Below, piece by piece: positions 1-9,977 of a stretch of 14,326 bases of DNA. The DNA comes from Myxococcota bacterium (GTDB lineage: Bacteria; Myxococcota; UBA4151). The first letter of the stretch is position 1, and each line of letters opens with the position of its first letter. The position numbers were made by a program, and so were the translations under genes. Location: contig JBDQPD010000089.1 in NCBI GenBank assembly GCA_040260805.1, positions 1-14,326 on the forward strand. Reading direction: 5' to 3'. The notes below the pieces were generated by a model. That model ran no database searches and was not told the origin of the DNA. It saw only the letters and a program-made list of their open reading frames with translations.

Positions 1-2
1 AT

Positions 3-32
3 GATGCGCTTCGCAAGCTCAGCACATCCTAC
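3..32 (-). repeat. GTAG-family REP-like hairpin (single copy visible)
   Basis: Minus strand reads GTAG-GATGTGCT-GAGCTTGCGA-AGCGCATC: a GTAG tetranucleotide followed by an 8-bp imperfect stem (one G-U pair). This is the layout of RAYT-associated GTAG REPs. Repetition elsewhere cannot be seen in this window. Confidence 0.55.
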
Positions 33-76
33 GCCATGACATCAATTTGGTAATGTAGATAGTTATCAGTGACCTA

Positions 77-568
77 CTAGAATATATATACGCCGCCACC
101 CATCGGCCGCTGGCTGAAGCCGAGCACCTGACCGGTCGCATCAGTGATCGTGCAAGCGAGCGTGCCGGCGCCCTCAGCGCCCACCGAGAATGAGCCCTCG
201 AGCGCGATGGTCATCGCGAATACATCCACATCATCAGCCTTCTCAAATATCCCGCGTTGTGGGGCACCGACCGGCAGCCGGCTGGCGTCGGAGACCGTGT
301 CGCCGTGATCATCCTCTGGCTCGACCGCTTCGGTCGTGCACTCTGCGCTGCAGCCGTCGCCGGCTTCTAGGTTGCCGTCGTCGCAGGCTTCACCGTCCTC
401 GAGCTCACCGTTACCGCATTCCGCAACCGGAGCTTCTCCGGCATCGGGCGTGGGCGCCACGCCTGCATCGGCGACGTTTGACCCGTTACCGTTGTTGGTG
501 CCGGTTGTGGACCCAGCGGGCCCGCAAGCCGCTGCAAGAAGAACCAGAATCGCTAGCAAACTTCGCAT
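77..568 (-). CDS. Lipoprotein with myxobacterial cysteine-rich repeat (DUF4215-like) and a probably truncated PPC-like domain, 163 aa
   Basis: ATG at 568 with GGGGG upstream; signal peptide and lipobox MRSLLAILVLLAAAC; DAG linker; CGNGELEDGEACDDGNLEAGDGCSAEC matches the myxobacterial disulfide repeat; DDHGDT...DDVDVF resembles pre-peptidase C-terminal domains. The longer ORF start at 682 overlaps hrpB and is unlikely. Confidence 0.8.
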   Translation of the reverse strand: MRSLLAILVLLAAACGPAGSTTGTNNGNGSNVADAGVAPTPDAGEAPVAECGNGELEDGEACDDGNLEAGDGCSAECTTEAVEPEDDHGDTVSDASRLPVGAPQRGIFEKADDVDVFAMTIALEGSFSVGAEGAGTLACTITDATGQVLGFSQRPMGGGVYIF

Positions 569-623
569 AATGCCCCCATTGATCGCAGACTTTATCGCCT
601 GTGGAGCGCTCGGGTTTCGCTGT

Positions 624-3044
624 CTACGACGAATTGCGTAGGCGCGGGTCTTCGGGCCAGTCGTGTTTGGGGTAGCGCCCACGCAGCGCTTTACGCACCT
701 CGGAGTACGATCCCGACCAAAACCCTGCTAGATCGGCGGTGACTTGAGCCGGTCTGCCATTGGGCGCTAGCAAATGACAGACTGCCTGTGCTCTCCCTTC
801 GGCGAGTTGCGGCGACGCATCCAAGCCGAAGAAATCCTGAACACGTGAGCGCACCACCGGCGCGCCGGGGTCATCGTAGGTGACCCGAGCGTGTCGTCCA
901 TTCGGCAATTTAATACGAGTGGGCGCCCAGCGCTCGAGCTGCTGCTTTGAGGCATAGTCTAAGCTTTGCTGCAGCGCCTGAGCCAAGTCGGCGCGGCGGA
1001 GCTCATCGACGCTGCGCCGGCCACTGCAGATGCGCTTGAGCAGCTCGGTTTGATCGTCAGGGTCCGGCAAGCCATGAGCGCCATGGTGACGACAAAACCG
1101 GACCCTGTTGGCAAACTCTATCGAGTCTTTCGACCAGTTCAGGGCGCGCTCAGGTTGGTTCTCTAGCGCCGCAAAGAGGATCGCGCAGACCGCGTCAGGG
1201 TCGGGCGCCCGGGGGGCGGGTTTGCGTTTGAGCACCAGCGAACCCAGGCGCTCGACATGTTCGTAAAGCACCGCTTGTGTGGTGGGGTCCCAGCGCAGCT
1301 CGAGCCGCTGATGACGCTCGAGAAAACTGGGCTCGACAGGGATCGCAGCGCGGATCCGCGGTAAGCCTTTGTCGCTCGCGCTGATCGATACCGCCACGAT
1401 CATATCCGATGCGTGGCATCGACTCTGCTTGTCGAGTTCAGCGCGATAACCCGCGGCGAGCGCATAGCTGCCATCATCGTTTCGGCGAGCGAGTCGATCC
1501 GCAAACCCGGCGAGCATAAGCCGCTGTAGAACCTGCCCGTCAGGTGTCGCTTCGTGGTCTGGCTTGGGCGCTAAGCGGACCAGCTGCTCGGCAACCCTGA
1601 GCACTCGTTTTCGACCGCCTTGATCGACCGCGCCGCTCGGAGCCTTTAGCTGCTCGATGCGGTAGCTCAGGTCGTCCTCGCAGCGCTCCGGCGGCCGGTG
1701 GTTTAGAAAATCGGGTTCGGAGGCGATCGCAGCCACCTGGGCTGCGAGCTTCGGGGCGCCGAGCTGTGATCCCTTAGTCAAGACAGCGCCCAAACGCGGC
1801 GTGATAGGCAGTTGCGCGAGCCGTCGACCCGCCGCGGTGATTCGATGGTCCTCGTCGATCGCCCCGAGCTCTATAAGCAGCGCGATGGCTCGTTGTTGAT
1901 GAGCTTTAGGAGGCGCCTCAAACCAGCTGAAGGCATCGAGCGTCTGACCCCAAGCTAGGATCTGCAACAGGCTGCCGCTCAGCTCGGCGTCTAAGATCTC
2001 GGCGGCGTCAAAAGCGGGCCGTTGGTGGTGCGAGGCGTTGGACCATAATCGGATGCAGCGTCCTGGACCTAATCGTCCGGCACGCCCGGCGCGTTGTTCG
2101 GCCGAGGCTCGACTGATCGAGACGCTGCGCAAGCGGCTCAAGCCGAGCCTCGCATCGTAGCGCGGTGCATGCGCCAAACCGCTGTCCACCACCGTGTGCA
2201 CGCCATCGATCGTCAAGCTGGTCTCGGCGATGTTGGTCGCCAGGATGATCTGCGCGCCATGGCAAGGCTCGAGCACCCGGTTTTGCTCAGCTTTGCTCAA
2301 GCGCCCATGCAACCTCAAGAGGGTGGCTGGGCTCCCTTTTAGTGCCTCACAGCAACGCTCGATGGCGCCGACCCCTGGCAGAAAAACCAACACTCGGCCT
2401 TGGTCTTTGAGCGCTCTGGCGGCGGCTCTCGCTGCGGTGACGCTGATGTGTTCATCGCCGGCTTTGCTGTACTCGATCTCGACCGGAAAGCTGCGCCCTT
2501 GAGAGGTGATCGTTTGCGCCGCGGGCATCGCTAACCTCAGGGGCTCGGTGTTGAGGGTCGCCGACATCACCACCAGGCGTAGGTCAGGTCGTGCGTCGGC
2601 TTGGACCTGCAGCAGCAAAGCCAGGCAGAAGTCGCTGTCCAAAGAGCGCTCATGAAACTCATCAAGTACAACGCAGCTCACCCCCTCTAAGAAGGGATCC
2701 TTTTGAATTCGCCTGAGCAGCAAGCCAGCGGTCATGTACTCAATCCGAGTGGCCGCGCTCGCCTGACGATCAAAGCGAACCGAGTAGCCGACCTCGTCGC
2801 CAAGTCGCCCCTGACGCAGCCCCGCGACGCGCCGCGCTAGCGCTTGAGCCGCAAGCCTTCGAGGTTGACTCACCCAGACCTTGCCCTGGCACCAGGGCTG
2901 ATCGGCGATAACGCCGGGAACGACAGTACTTTTACCCGCTCCTGGAGGTGCGCTCAGCAGAACATCTCGACCCGATTCCAAGGCCTCGAGCAGACCGTTG
3001 ATTTGGTCTTCAATGGGAAGCTGGGATGCTGATGGCTGACTCAT
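624..3044 (-). CDS. hrpB: ATP-dependent DEAH-box helicase HrpB, ~806 aa
   Basis: Motifs APPGAGKST, QPRRLAA, DEFHER, MSAT, ATNIAETSLTI, QRAGRAGR and the HrpB C-terminal signature FWSGSYSEVRKALRGRYPKHDWP. ATG at 3044 has GAGGA 7 nt upstream; the open frame extends to 3107. Confidence 0.95.
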   Translation of the reverse strand: MSQPSASQLPIEDQINGLLEALESGRDVLLSAPPGAGKSTVVPGVIADQPWCQGKVWVSQPRRLAAQALARRVAGLRQGRLGDEVGYSVRFDRQASAATRIEYMTAGLLLRRIQKDPFLEGVSCVVLDEFHERSLDSDFCLALLLQVQADARPDLRLVVMSATLNTEPLRLAMPAAQTITSQGRSFPVEIEYSKAGDEHISVTAARAAARALKDQGRVLVFLPGVGAIERCCEALKGSPATLLRLHGRLSKAEQNRVLEPCHGAQIILATNIAETSLTIDGVHTVVDSGLAHAPRYDARLGLSRLRSVSISRASAEQRAGRAGRLGPGRCIRLWSNASHHQRPAFDAAEILDAELSGSLLQILAWGQTLDAFSWFEAPPKAHQQRAIALLIELGAIDEDHRITAAGRRLAQLPITPRLGAVLTKGSQLGAPKLAAQVAAIASEPDFLNHRPPERCEDDLSYRIEQLKAPSGAVDQGGRKRVLRVAEQLVRLAPKPDHEATPDGQVLQRLMLAGFADRLARRNDDGSYALAAGYRAELDKQSRCHASDMIVAVSISASDKGLPRIRAAIPVEPSFLERHQRLELRWDPTTQAVLYEHVERLGSLVLKRKPAPRAPDPDAVCAILFAALENQPERALNWSKDSIEFANRVRFCRHHGAHGLPDPDDQTELLKRICSGRRSVDELRRADLAQALQQSLDYASKQQLERWAPTRIKLPNGRHARVTYDDPGAPVVRSRVQDFFGLDASPQLAEGRAQAVCHLLAPNGRPAQVTADLAGFWSGSYSEVRKALRGRYPKHDWPEDPRLRNSS

Positions 3045-3147
3045 GCCTGAATCCTCGGACGCCCAAGGGCTTTGGTCAACGCTTATCAGGCCGGCCAATC
3101 TCGGCATGTACGAGCCGTTTTGCTTGCATTTTTTGGGTACCTCGACT

Positions 3148-3173
3148 CAAAGAGCACCAACCTTGGCCTATTT
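3148..3173. promoter_or_regulatory. Candidate operator in the hrpB/suf divergent region
   Basis: CCAA-CC-TTGG dyad at 3157-3166 with AT-rich flanks, about 55 nt upstream of the Rrf2 gene. Assignment to the Rrf2 protein is inference from position. Confidence 0.35.
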
Positions 3174-3221
3174 AGAGAAGCGCCGCCTCGACGGCGGTGG
3201 TAGGGTGGGGCGGAGCAGCGC

Positions 3222-3649
3222 ATGATTCGCATGAGCAAAATGACCGACTATGGGATCGTGCTGATGGTCGGTCTGGCGCGTGCTGGCTCGGCGCGAACAG
3301 CGCGTCAGTTGGCGCACGAGACGGACCTGCCCTTGTCCACGGTCGCTAAGGTGCTCAAGTCACTCAATCGAAACGGATTTTTGCAATCCACACGCGGCGC
3401 TCAGGGCGGCTACAGCCTGCTTCGGTCGGCCGATAGAATTCGCATCGCCGAGTTGATCGAGGCGTTAGAGGGACCGATTGCGCTCACCGAATGCAGCTCC
3501 GCGCCAGGTGACGGCCAGTGCAGCCACGAGCAGACCTGTCCCGTGCGGGCTCCATGGGTGCAAATCAACAGCGCAGTAAAAAACGCCTTGGCTGATATCT
3601 CGCTTAGCGACATGTCAGCCCCGAGCTTTCGGACTCTGGAGGTCGAGCG

Positions 3650-3653
<4 letters not shown>
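3222..3653 (+). CDS. Rrf2-family SUF-system Fe-S cluster assembly regulator
   Basis: [12 protein letters not shown]-terminus, winged helix with [22 protein letters not shown], and three cysteines (C-x8-C-x5-C). GGAG RBS; ATGA overlap with sufB. Confidence 0.92.
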
Positions 3654-5092
<1,439 letters not shown>

Positions 5093-5119
5093 GCCGCTCG
5101 CGGCAGGAAGTCTCTCACC

Positions 5120-5872
5120 ATGCTCAGCATTCATGATCTCCACGTCTCAGTGGAGGACCAACCGATCCTCAAGGGTCTCAACCTCGAGATCAAGGCGGGC
5201 GAAGTGCACGCCATTATGGGTCCAAACGGGAGCGGCAAGTCGACGCTCTGTCATATCTTATCCGGTCGACCAGGCTTTGAAGTCACCTCGGGCTCGGCCG
5301 AGTACGATGGCAAAGACCTCTTGGATATGGAGCCTGAAGAGCGCGCTCGCGAGGGTGTGTTTCTAGCGTTTCAGTACCCGGTCGAAATCCCGGGTATTAC
5401 CAACCTTTACTTCCTCAAAGCGGCGGTGAACGCAGCGCGCAAGCACCGGGGCGAAGAGCCCATGGCAGCGGTGCCCTTCTTGCGCATGGTTCGTGAGCGA
5501 GCGGCGATGGTCGAGCTCGACGAGAGCCTGCTGAGCCGCTCACTCAACGTCGGCTTCTCCGGCGGCGAGAAAAAGCGCAACGAGATCTTCCAGATGTTGG
5601 TGCTTGAGCCCAAGCTCGCCTTACTCGACGAGACCGATTCGGGGCTCGATATCGACGCCCTCCGGATTGTCGCAGAAGGCGTGAACCGCCTCCGCAGCGA
5701 GGGCCGAGCGATTCTGTTGGTCACTCATTATCAGCGCTTGCTCGACTATATCATCCCCGATCAGGTGCATGTGTTGTCCGACGGTCGGATCGTGCGCAGC
5801 GGCGACAAGTCGCTGGCGCTCAAACTCGAAGATCAGGGCTACGGTTGGATTGAGACCGAGGCCTCGCCGTGA
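5120..5872 (+). CDS. sufC: Fe-S cluster assembly ATPase SufC
   Basis: Walker A GPNGSGKST, FLAFQYPVEIPG, signature GFSGGEKKRNE, Walker B LDETDSGLDIDAL, THYQRLL. Confidence 0.98.
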   Translation: MLSIHDLHVSVEDQPILKGLNLEIKAGEVHAIMGPNGSGKSTLCHILSGRPGFEVTSGSAEYDGKDLLDMEPEERAREGVFLAFQYPVEIPGITNLYFLKAAVNAARKHRGEEPMAAVPFLRMVRERAAMVELDESLLSRSLNVGFSGGEKKRNEIFQMLVLEPKLALLDETDSGLDIDALRIVAEGVNRLRSEGRAILLVTHYQRLLDYIIPDQVHVLSDGRIVRSGDKSLALKLEDQGYGWIETEASP

Positions 5873-6978
5873 ACACACCGAAATGGCTTGAACAGCGCCG
5901 CGCCGAGGCTTCGGCTCGGCTCGCCAAGCGTCCTGCACACGCTCGGGCTGAGGCGAACAAATACACTCGCTATCGAGCGCTCAAAGCGCGCGAGCAAGCC
6001 CCGTTTGAGTGGGGTTCTCACGGTGTGGAGTTGTCGAGTTTTTCCGATGCTATGGAGAAGTATGGCGACCGCTTGAGAGACACGGTGGGCGCGCTGGCCA
6101 CGGGCGCCTGGGCTGACGCCTCTTTGGCGGGTGACCACGCCGTCGTCGTCCTCACGGCGGCTAGCTCGGGTGAACCCATCCGCTTGAGCCTGCGCGGTCT
6201 TGAGACCGGTTTTAGCGCGCCTCGTTTGGTGATTTTAGCTGAGCCTGGCGTTGAGCGAGACCTTCAGATCGAGCTGGTTGATGAGGGCGTTGATCACCAC
6301 CTCAATTTGGTGGTTGAGGCAGACCTAGCCAAGGGGAGTCAGCTGCGACTGACGCTACTGCAGGATCAAAGCACGATCGGATTTGCGACGACCACGCTCG
6401 CTGCTCGAGTCGGGCGAGATGCAACCTTTGACGGCGTCTGGTTTGACTGCGGCGCGCAGATGGCTCGCCATGATGTGCAGATCGATCTGGTGGACTCGGG
6501 CGCGACGACCAAGCTCTCGGGCTTGATGTTGCCGCGGCCGGGACAACATCACGACCACCATGTGCACATCCGGCACAGCGCCTCGAACACCCACTCGGAC
6601 CAGCTGTTCAAAAGCTTGGTCGCGGCGAAGGGGCGGAGCGTGTTCTCGGGCTGCGTTGAGGTCTGTGAGGGGTCTCAGGGGTGCAGCGCGGATCAGCTCA
6701 GTCGAGCCTTGCTGATGGGTGACGGCGCCGAATTCGATGCCCGCCCGCAACTGTTGATCTCGTACGACGCCGTCGAAGCGAGTCATGGCAGCAGCTGCGG
6801 GGCGATGGACGACAACGCCTTGTTCTTCTTACGCAGCCGAGGGCTCGACCCTGACGAGGCGCGTTTTTTGATGGCGCAAGCCTTCGCCGGTGAGGTGCAT
6901 GAGCGCAGCTCAGCGAGCGACTTTATCGAGCGCAGCAACAGCGCCTTGAGCGGCTTGCTCTCGAGCATGAACCCATGA
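5869..6978 (+). CDS. sufD: Fe-S cluster assembly protein SufD
   Basis: Lies between sufC and sufS with GTGA/ATGA overlaps. C-terminal SDQLFKSL, GRSVFSG, RPQLLI, ASHG, LFFLRSRGL...AF are SufBD-family motifs; the N-terminus is diverged. Confidence 0.9.
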   Translation: MNTPKWLEQRRAEASARLAKRPAHARAEANKYTRYRALKAREQAPFEWGSHGVELSSFSDAMEKYGDRLRDTVGALATGAWADASLAGDHAVVVLTAASSGEPIRLSLRGLETGFSAPRLVILAEPGVERDLQIELVDEGVDHHLNLVVEADLAKGSQLRLTLLQDQSTIGFATTTLAARVGRDATFDGVWFDCGAQMARHDVQIDLVDSGATTKLSGLMLPRPGQHHDHHVHIRHSASNTHSDQLFKSLVAAKGRSVFSGCVEVCEGSQGCSADQLSRALLMGDGAEFDARPQLLISYDAVEASHGSSCGAMDDNALFFLRSRGLDPDEARFLMAQAFAGEVHERSSASDFIERSNSALSGLLSSMNP

Positions 6979-8195
6979 CCTGGGACGGCTTTGCGCTGCG
7001 CAGCCAGTTTCCAACGCTGCAGCAAAAGGTCAACGGGCACGACCTGGTCTATTTGGACAACGGCGCCACCACCCACAAACCGGCGATGGTGCTCGGCGCG
7101 CTGCAGCGGTTTTACGAACAAGACAATTCCAACGTGCACCGAGGCGTTCACACGCTAAGTCAGCGCGCCACCATCGCTTACGAGGACGCTCGCTCGACTC
7201 TTGCGGGCTTTATGGGCGCCACCCGCCCCGAAGAGGTGATCTTTGTGCGCGGCGGCACCGAAGCGATTAACCTAGTGGCTCAAACCGCCGCCTTAGAGGC
7301 GGTGGGGCCTGGCGATGAGATCCTGATCACGGCGATGGAGCATCACAGCAACATCGTGCCCTGGCAGATGCTGGCGGCGCGGGTAGGGGCGAGCGTTAAA
7401 GTGGTCCCGATGGACGATCGAGGGGTCCTCGATCAAGCCGCTTATCAAGCGATGCTTGGCGAGCGCACTAAGGTCGTGGGCTTGATCGAAGTCTCGAACG
7501 CCCTTGGGACCTGCAACCCGATCAAAGCGATGGCTGCTCAAGCCAAAGCGGTGGATGCCTTGGTGTTGGTGGATGGCTGCCAAGCGGTCCCGCACCAGCC
7601 CGTCGATGTGGTCGACCTGGGCTGTGATTTCTACGTCTACAGCGGGCACAAAATGTACGGACCGACCGGCATTGGCGTGCTCTGGGGTCGCTACGATCTG
7701 CTCGCTGCGATGCCGCCATGGCAAGGCGGCGGGGACATGATCGAAACGGTCACTTTTGAGGGCTCGACCTGGGCAGCTCCGCCGGCTCGGTTTGAGGCGG
7801 GAACACCGCATATTGCCGGTGCTATCGGCTTGGCGGAAGCGGCGGAATTTCTGATGGGCCTAGGGCTGGACCACGTGGCGAGCCTGGAGGCTGAGTTGCT
7901 GGCTTATGCCACCGAGCAGATGAGCGCCATTGAGGGCTTACGCATCATCGGGACCGCGCCCGATAAAGCCGGCATTTTATCCTTCGTGATCGAGGGTGTG
8001 CATGCGCAGGATCTAGGCACGTTACTCGACCAACAAGGCGTCGCGATTCGCACCGGACACCACTGCGCTCAGCCGGCGATGGCAGCCTTTGGGCTCACCG
8101 CGACCGCACGCGCCTCGTTCGGGCTCTACAACACATCAGACGATATCGACCGACTGGTTCAAGCGACACGGCGCGCCGTCGGGATGCTTCTCTAG
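6975..8195 (+). CDS. sufS: Group II cysteine desulfurase SufS
   Basis: YLDNGATTHKP, SNVHRGVH, MEHHSNIVPWQ, PLP lysine in SGHKMYGPTGIG, RFEAGTP, catalytic RTGHHCAQP. Confidence 0.97.
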   Translation: MTWDGFALRSQFPTLQQKVNGHDLVYLDNGATTHKPAMVLGALQRFYEQDNSNVHRGVHTLSQRATIAYEDARSTLAGFMGATRPEEVIFVRGGTEAINLVAQTAALEAVGPGDEILITAMEHHSNIVPWQMLAARVGASVKVVPMDDRGVLDQAAYQAMLGERTKVVGLIEVSNALGTCNPIKAMAAQAKAVDALVLVDGCQAVPHQPVDVVDLGCDFYVYSGHKMYGPTGIGVLWGRYDLLAAMPPWQGGGDMIETVTFEGSTWAAPPARFEAGTPHIAGAIGLAEAAEFLMGLGLDHVASLEAELLAYATEQMSAIEGLRIIGTAPDKAGILSFVIEGVHAQDLGTLLDQQGVAIRTGHHCAQPAMAAFGLTATARASFGLYNTSDDIDRLVQATRRAVGMLL

Positions 8196-8198
8196 ACG

Positions 8199-9302
8199 AT
8201 GCCTTTCGTCGCGAAAAAGCTTCTGTTGAGTGCTTTCGTGTTCGTTCTTCCTTTCGCTGTGCTCGAGGGCGCTGCGCGTTGGTTTCTCGGTCCCCTGCCC
8301 GATAATTTGATCTGGGGCGCCAACGTCGGCGAGATCGAGGATGCGGCCTTGCTCTGGCGCAACCGCCCCAAGTTCGGTGTCCGTCGCGGCATCGGCCCTC
8401 ACGATCGGCGCGGCTTGCGGCGCCCTGACCGTCCGCTCAAGCCCAAGAGTACGACCCTGAGGCTCTTGAGTCTGGGTGAATCCACCACCTACGGTGCGGG
8501 CTTAGTCTGGGACGAGACCTACAGTCATGTCGCCGAACAGCTGCTGCGCGCCAAGGGACACTCCATCGAAATTCTCAACGCCGGCACTCGCACCTGGAGC
8601 ACCTTGCAGAGCCTGCGTTATCTCGAGCAAGCAGCCGACGATTTACAGCCTGATGCGGTGCTGTTTTACCACGAGATCAATGACTTTTTACCGACCACTT
8701 GGCGCGCCATGAAAGCGCCCGGTGCGGGGATGACCGACAAGGAGACCATGGCGTCGGCGGCGCGCAGTGTGTTGGGGCCTGTCCTGCGGCACTCCGTGTT
8801 TATTCGTCGTGCGCGTGCCTGGTCTGCGCGGCGGATGGTGGGCACGGGTTCTACTGCGGGTTTTGAAGATCGAGCGCCTAAGGTCGACGCCCACACCTTC
8901 GCTCTTTTGCCGGACCAGCCGGCCGGCGAGGTGCCGTTTATGACCAACCCTAATCCATTGGTTCGAGTGCCCGATGTCGACCGCGCTCAAGCCCTCGAAG
9001 AGCTCGCAGATTTTACGCAACGCCGAGGCATTAAACTGCTCATCGTTCACCCCGCTTATCCGGTCTCTAAGCCCCATCGTTGTTTGCTTAATGACTTCGC
9101 TGAGCGGCGTGACTTGCCCATGCTTGAGGCGGAAACTCTCTTCCTCGCAGCGGCGAGTCGTCGAGGGCTGACCAAGCTGGATTTCTTTCAAGCCGACCCT
9201 TTTCATCCCAACGCGATGGGGCATCGGGTGCTCGCTCATTCGGTCGCCCGCTTTGTCCAGACGCATCTGGCTGACGATTTGGCTGCGCGCCGGCAACCTT
9301 AG
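8199..9302 (+). CDS. SGNH/GDSL hydrolase-family protein with N-terminal membrane anchor
   Basis: Hydrophobic N-terminus then LEGAARW; block I LGESTTYG, block II ILNAG, block III EINDF, block V DPFHPNAMGH. Starts 3 nt after the sufS stop. Confidence 0.85.
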   Translation: MPFVAKKLLLSAFVFVLPFAVLEGAARWFLGPLPDNLIWGANVGEIEDAALLWRNRPKFGVRRGIGPHDRRGLRRPDRPLKPKSTTLRLLSLGESTTYGAGLVWDETYSHVAEQLLRAKGHSIEILNAGTRTWSTLQSLRYLEQAADDLQPDAVLFYHEINDFLPTTWRAMKAPGAGMTDKETMASAARSVLGPVLRHSVFIRRARAWSARRMVGTGSTAGFEDRAPKVDAHTFALLPDQPAGEVPFMTNPNPLVRVPDVDRAQALEELADFTQRRGIKLLIVHPAYPVSKPHRCLLNDFAERRDLPMLEAETLFLAAASRRGLTKLDFFQADPFHPNAMGHRVLAHSVARFVQTHLADDLAARRQP

Positions 9303-9308
9303 GGCGAG

Positions 9309-9977
9309 CTAGAGGGTCCCTTGCGCGAAAAGCCGCCTGAAGTATCGGCTCTTGAGCAGGCCCAGCTTGCGCATGGCGCGCGGGATCACAGACGCCGCGT
9401 TGCGTTCCAATAAACACAGCGCGTCGACCGCATCGCCTGGAGTCACCACGACCTCTGAGAAGAAGGGCTGCATGGTTTTGGCGAGGGTGTCGGCGGTGAA
9501 GAACTGGCGATGGTCTAAGTCGCTGAAGTGCTCATAGATCACGCCGCCTGCCTGCATCGGCGCTAAGGTCGCGCAGTTTGGCACCGTCACCAAGACGTTG
9601 GTGCGGGCGACTCGGGCTGCCTCGGCGAGCAATTCGCCAGGATGATGGGCGTGCTCAAGCACCTCAAAGAGCAGCACCGAGTCGACGGAATTATCCTCAA
9701 GCGGAAGACCGGGTTCACACAGATAGGTGGTCAAGCCTCGCTCGTTCGCCGATGCGACGTACTCAGGGTTGATGTCAGCGCCCGAGGCGGTGAAGCCTTC
9801 GCGCTGCAGCGCCAAGCCGTAGCTGCCCGTCGCGCAGCCGTAGTCGAGCACCTCTTTGCCGATGTTCTGGCGCGCAAAGGCGACCAATGAGGGCGCCGCC
9901 TCGCCTCCTGCCTGAGCGTTTAGGTAATACCCGGTGGTGTCGCGAAACACCTGACCTCGGATCTCAGCCCCGATCAT
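9309..9977 (-). CDS. Class I SAM-dependent methyltransferase, 222 aa
   Basis: VLDYGCATG (motif I), GADIN, LPLEDNSVDSVLLFEVLEH, VTVPN. ATG at 9977 overlaps the upstream TGA (ATGA), which favours it over 9995. Confidence 0.88.
   Translation of the reverse strand: MIGAEIRGQVFRDTTGYYLNAQAGGEAAPSLVAFARQNIGKEVLDYGCATGSYGLALQREGFTASGADINPEYVASANERGLTTYLCEPGLPLEDNSVDSVLLFEVLEHAHHPGELLAEAARVARTNVLVTVPNCATLAPMQAGGVIYEHFSDLDHRQFFTADTLAKTMQPFFSEVVVTPGDAVDALCLLERNAASVIPRAMRKLGLLKSRYFRRLFAQGTL

Noticed and set aside
569..682. N-terminal extension of the first lipoprotein ORF
   Set aside because: It overlaps the hrpB 3' end and would bury the signal peptide that begins at ATG 568.
3043..3225. 60-aa ORF upstream of the Rrf2 gene
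   Set aside because: It spans the divergent promoter region with no RBS or recognisable features; likely spurious despite its stop overlapping the Rrf2 ATG.
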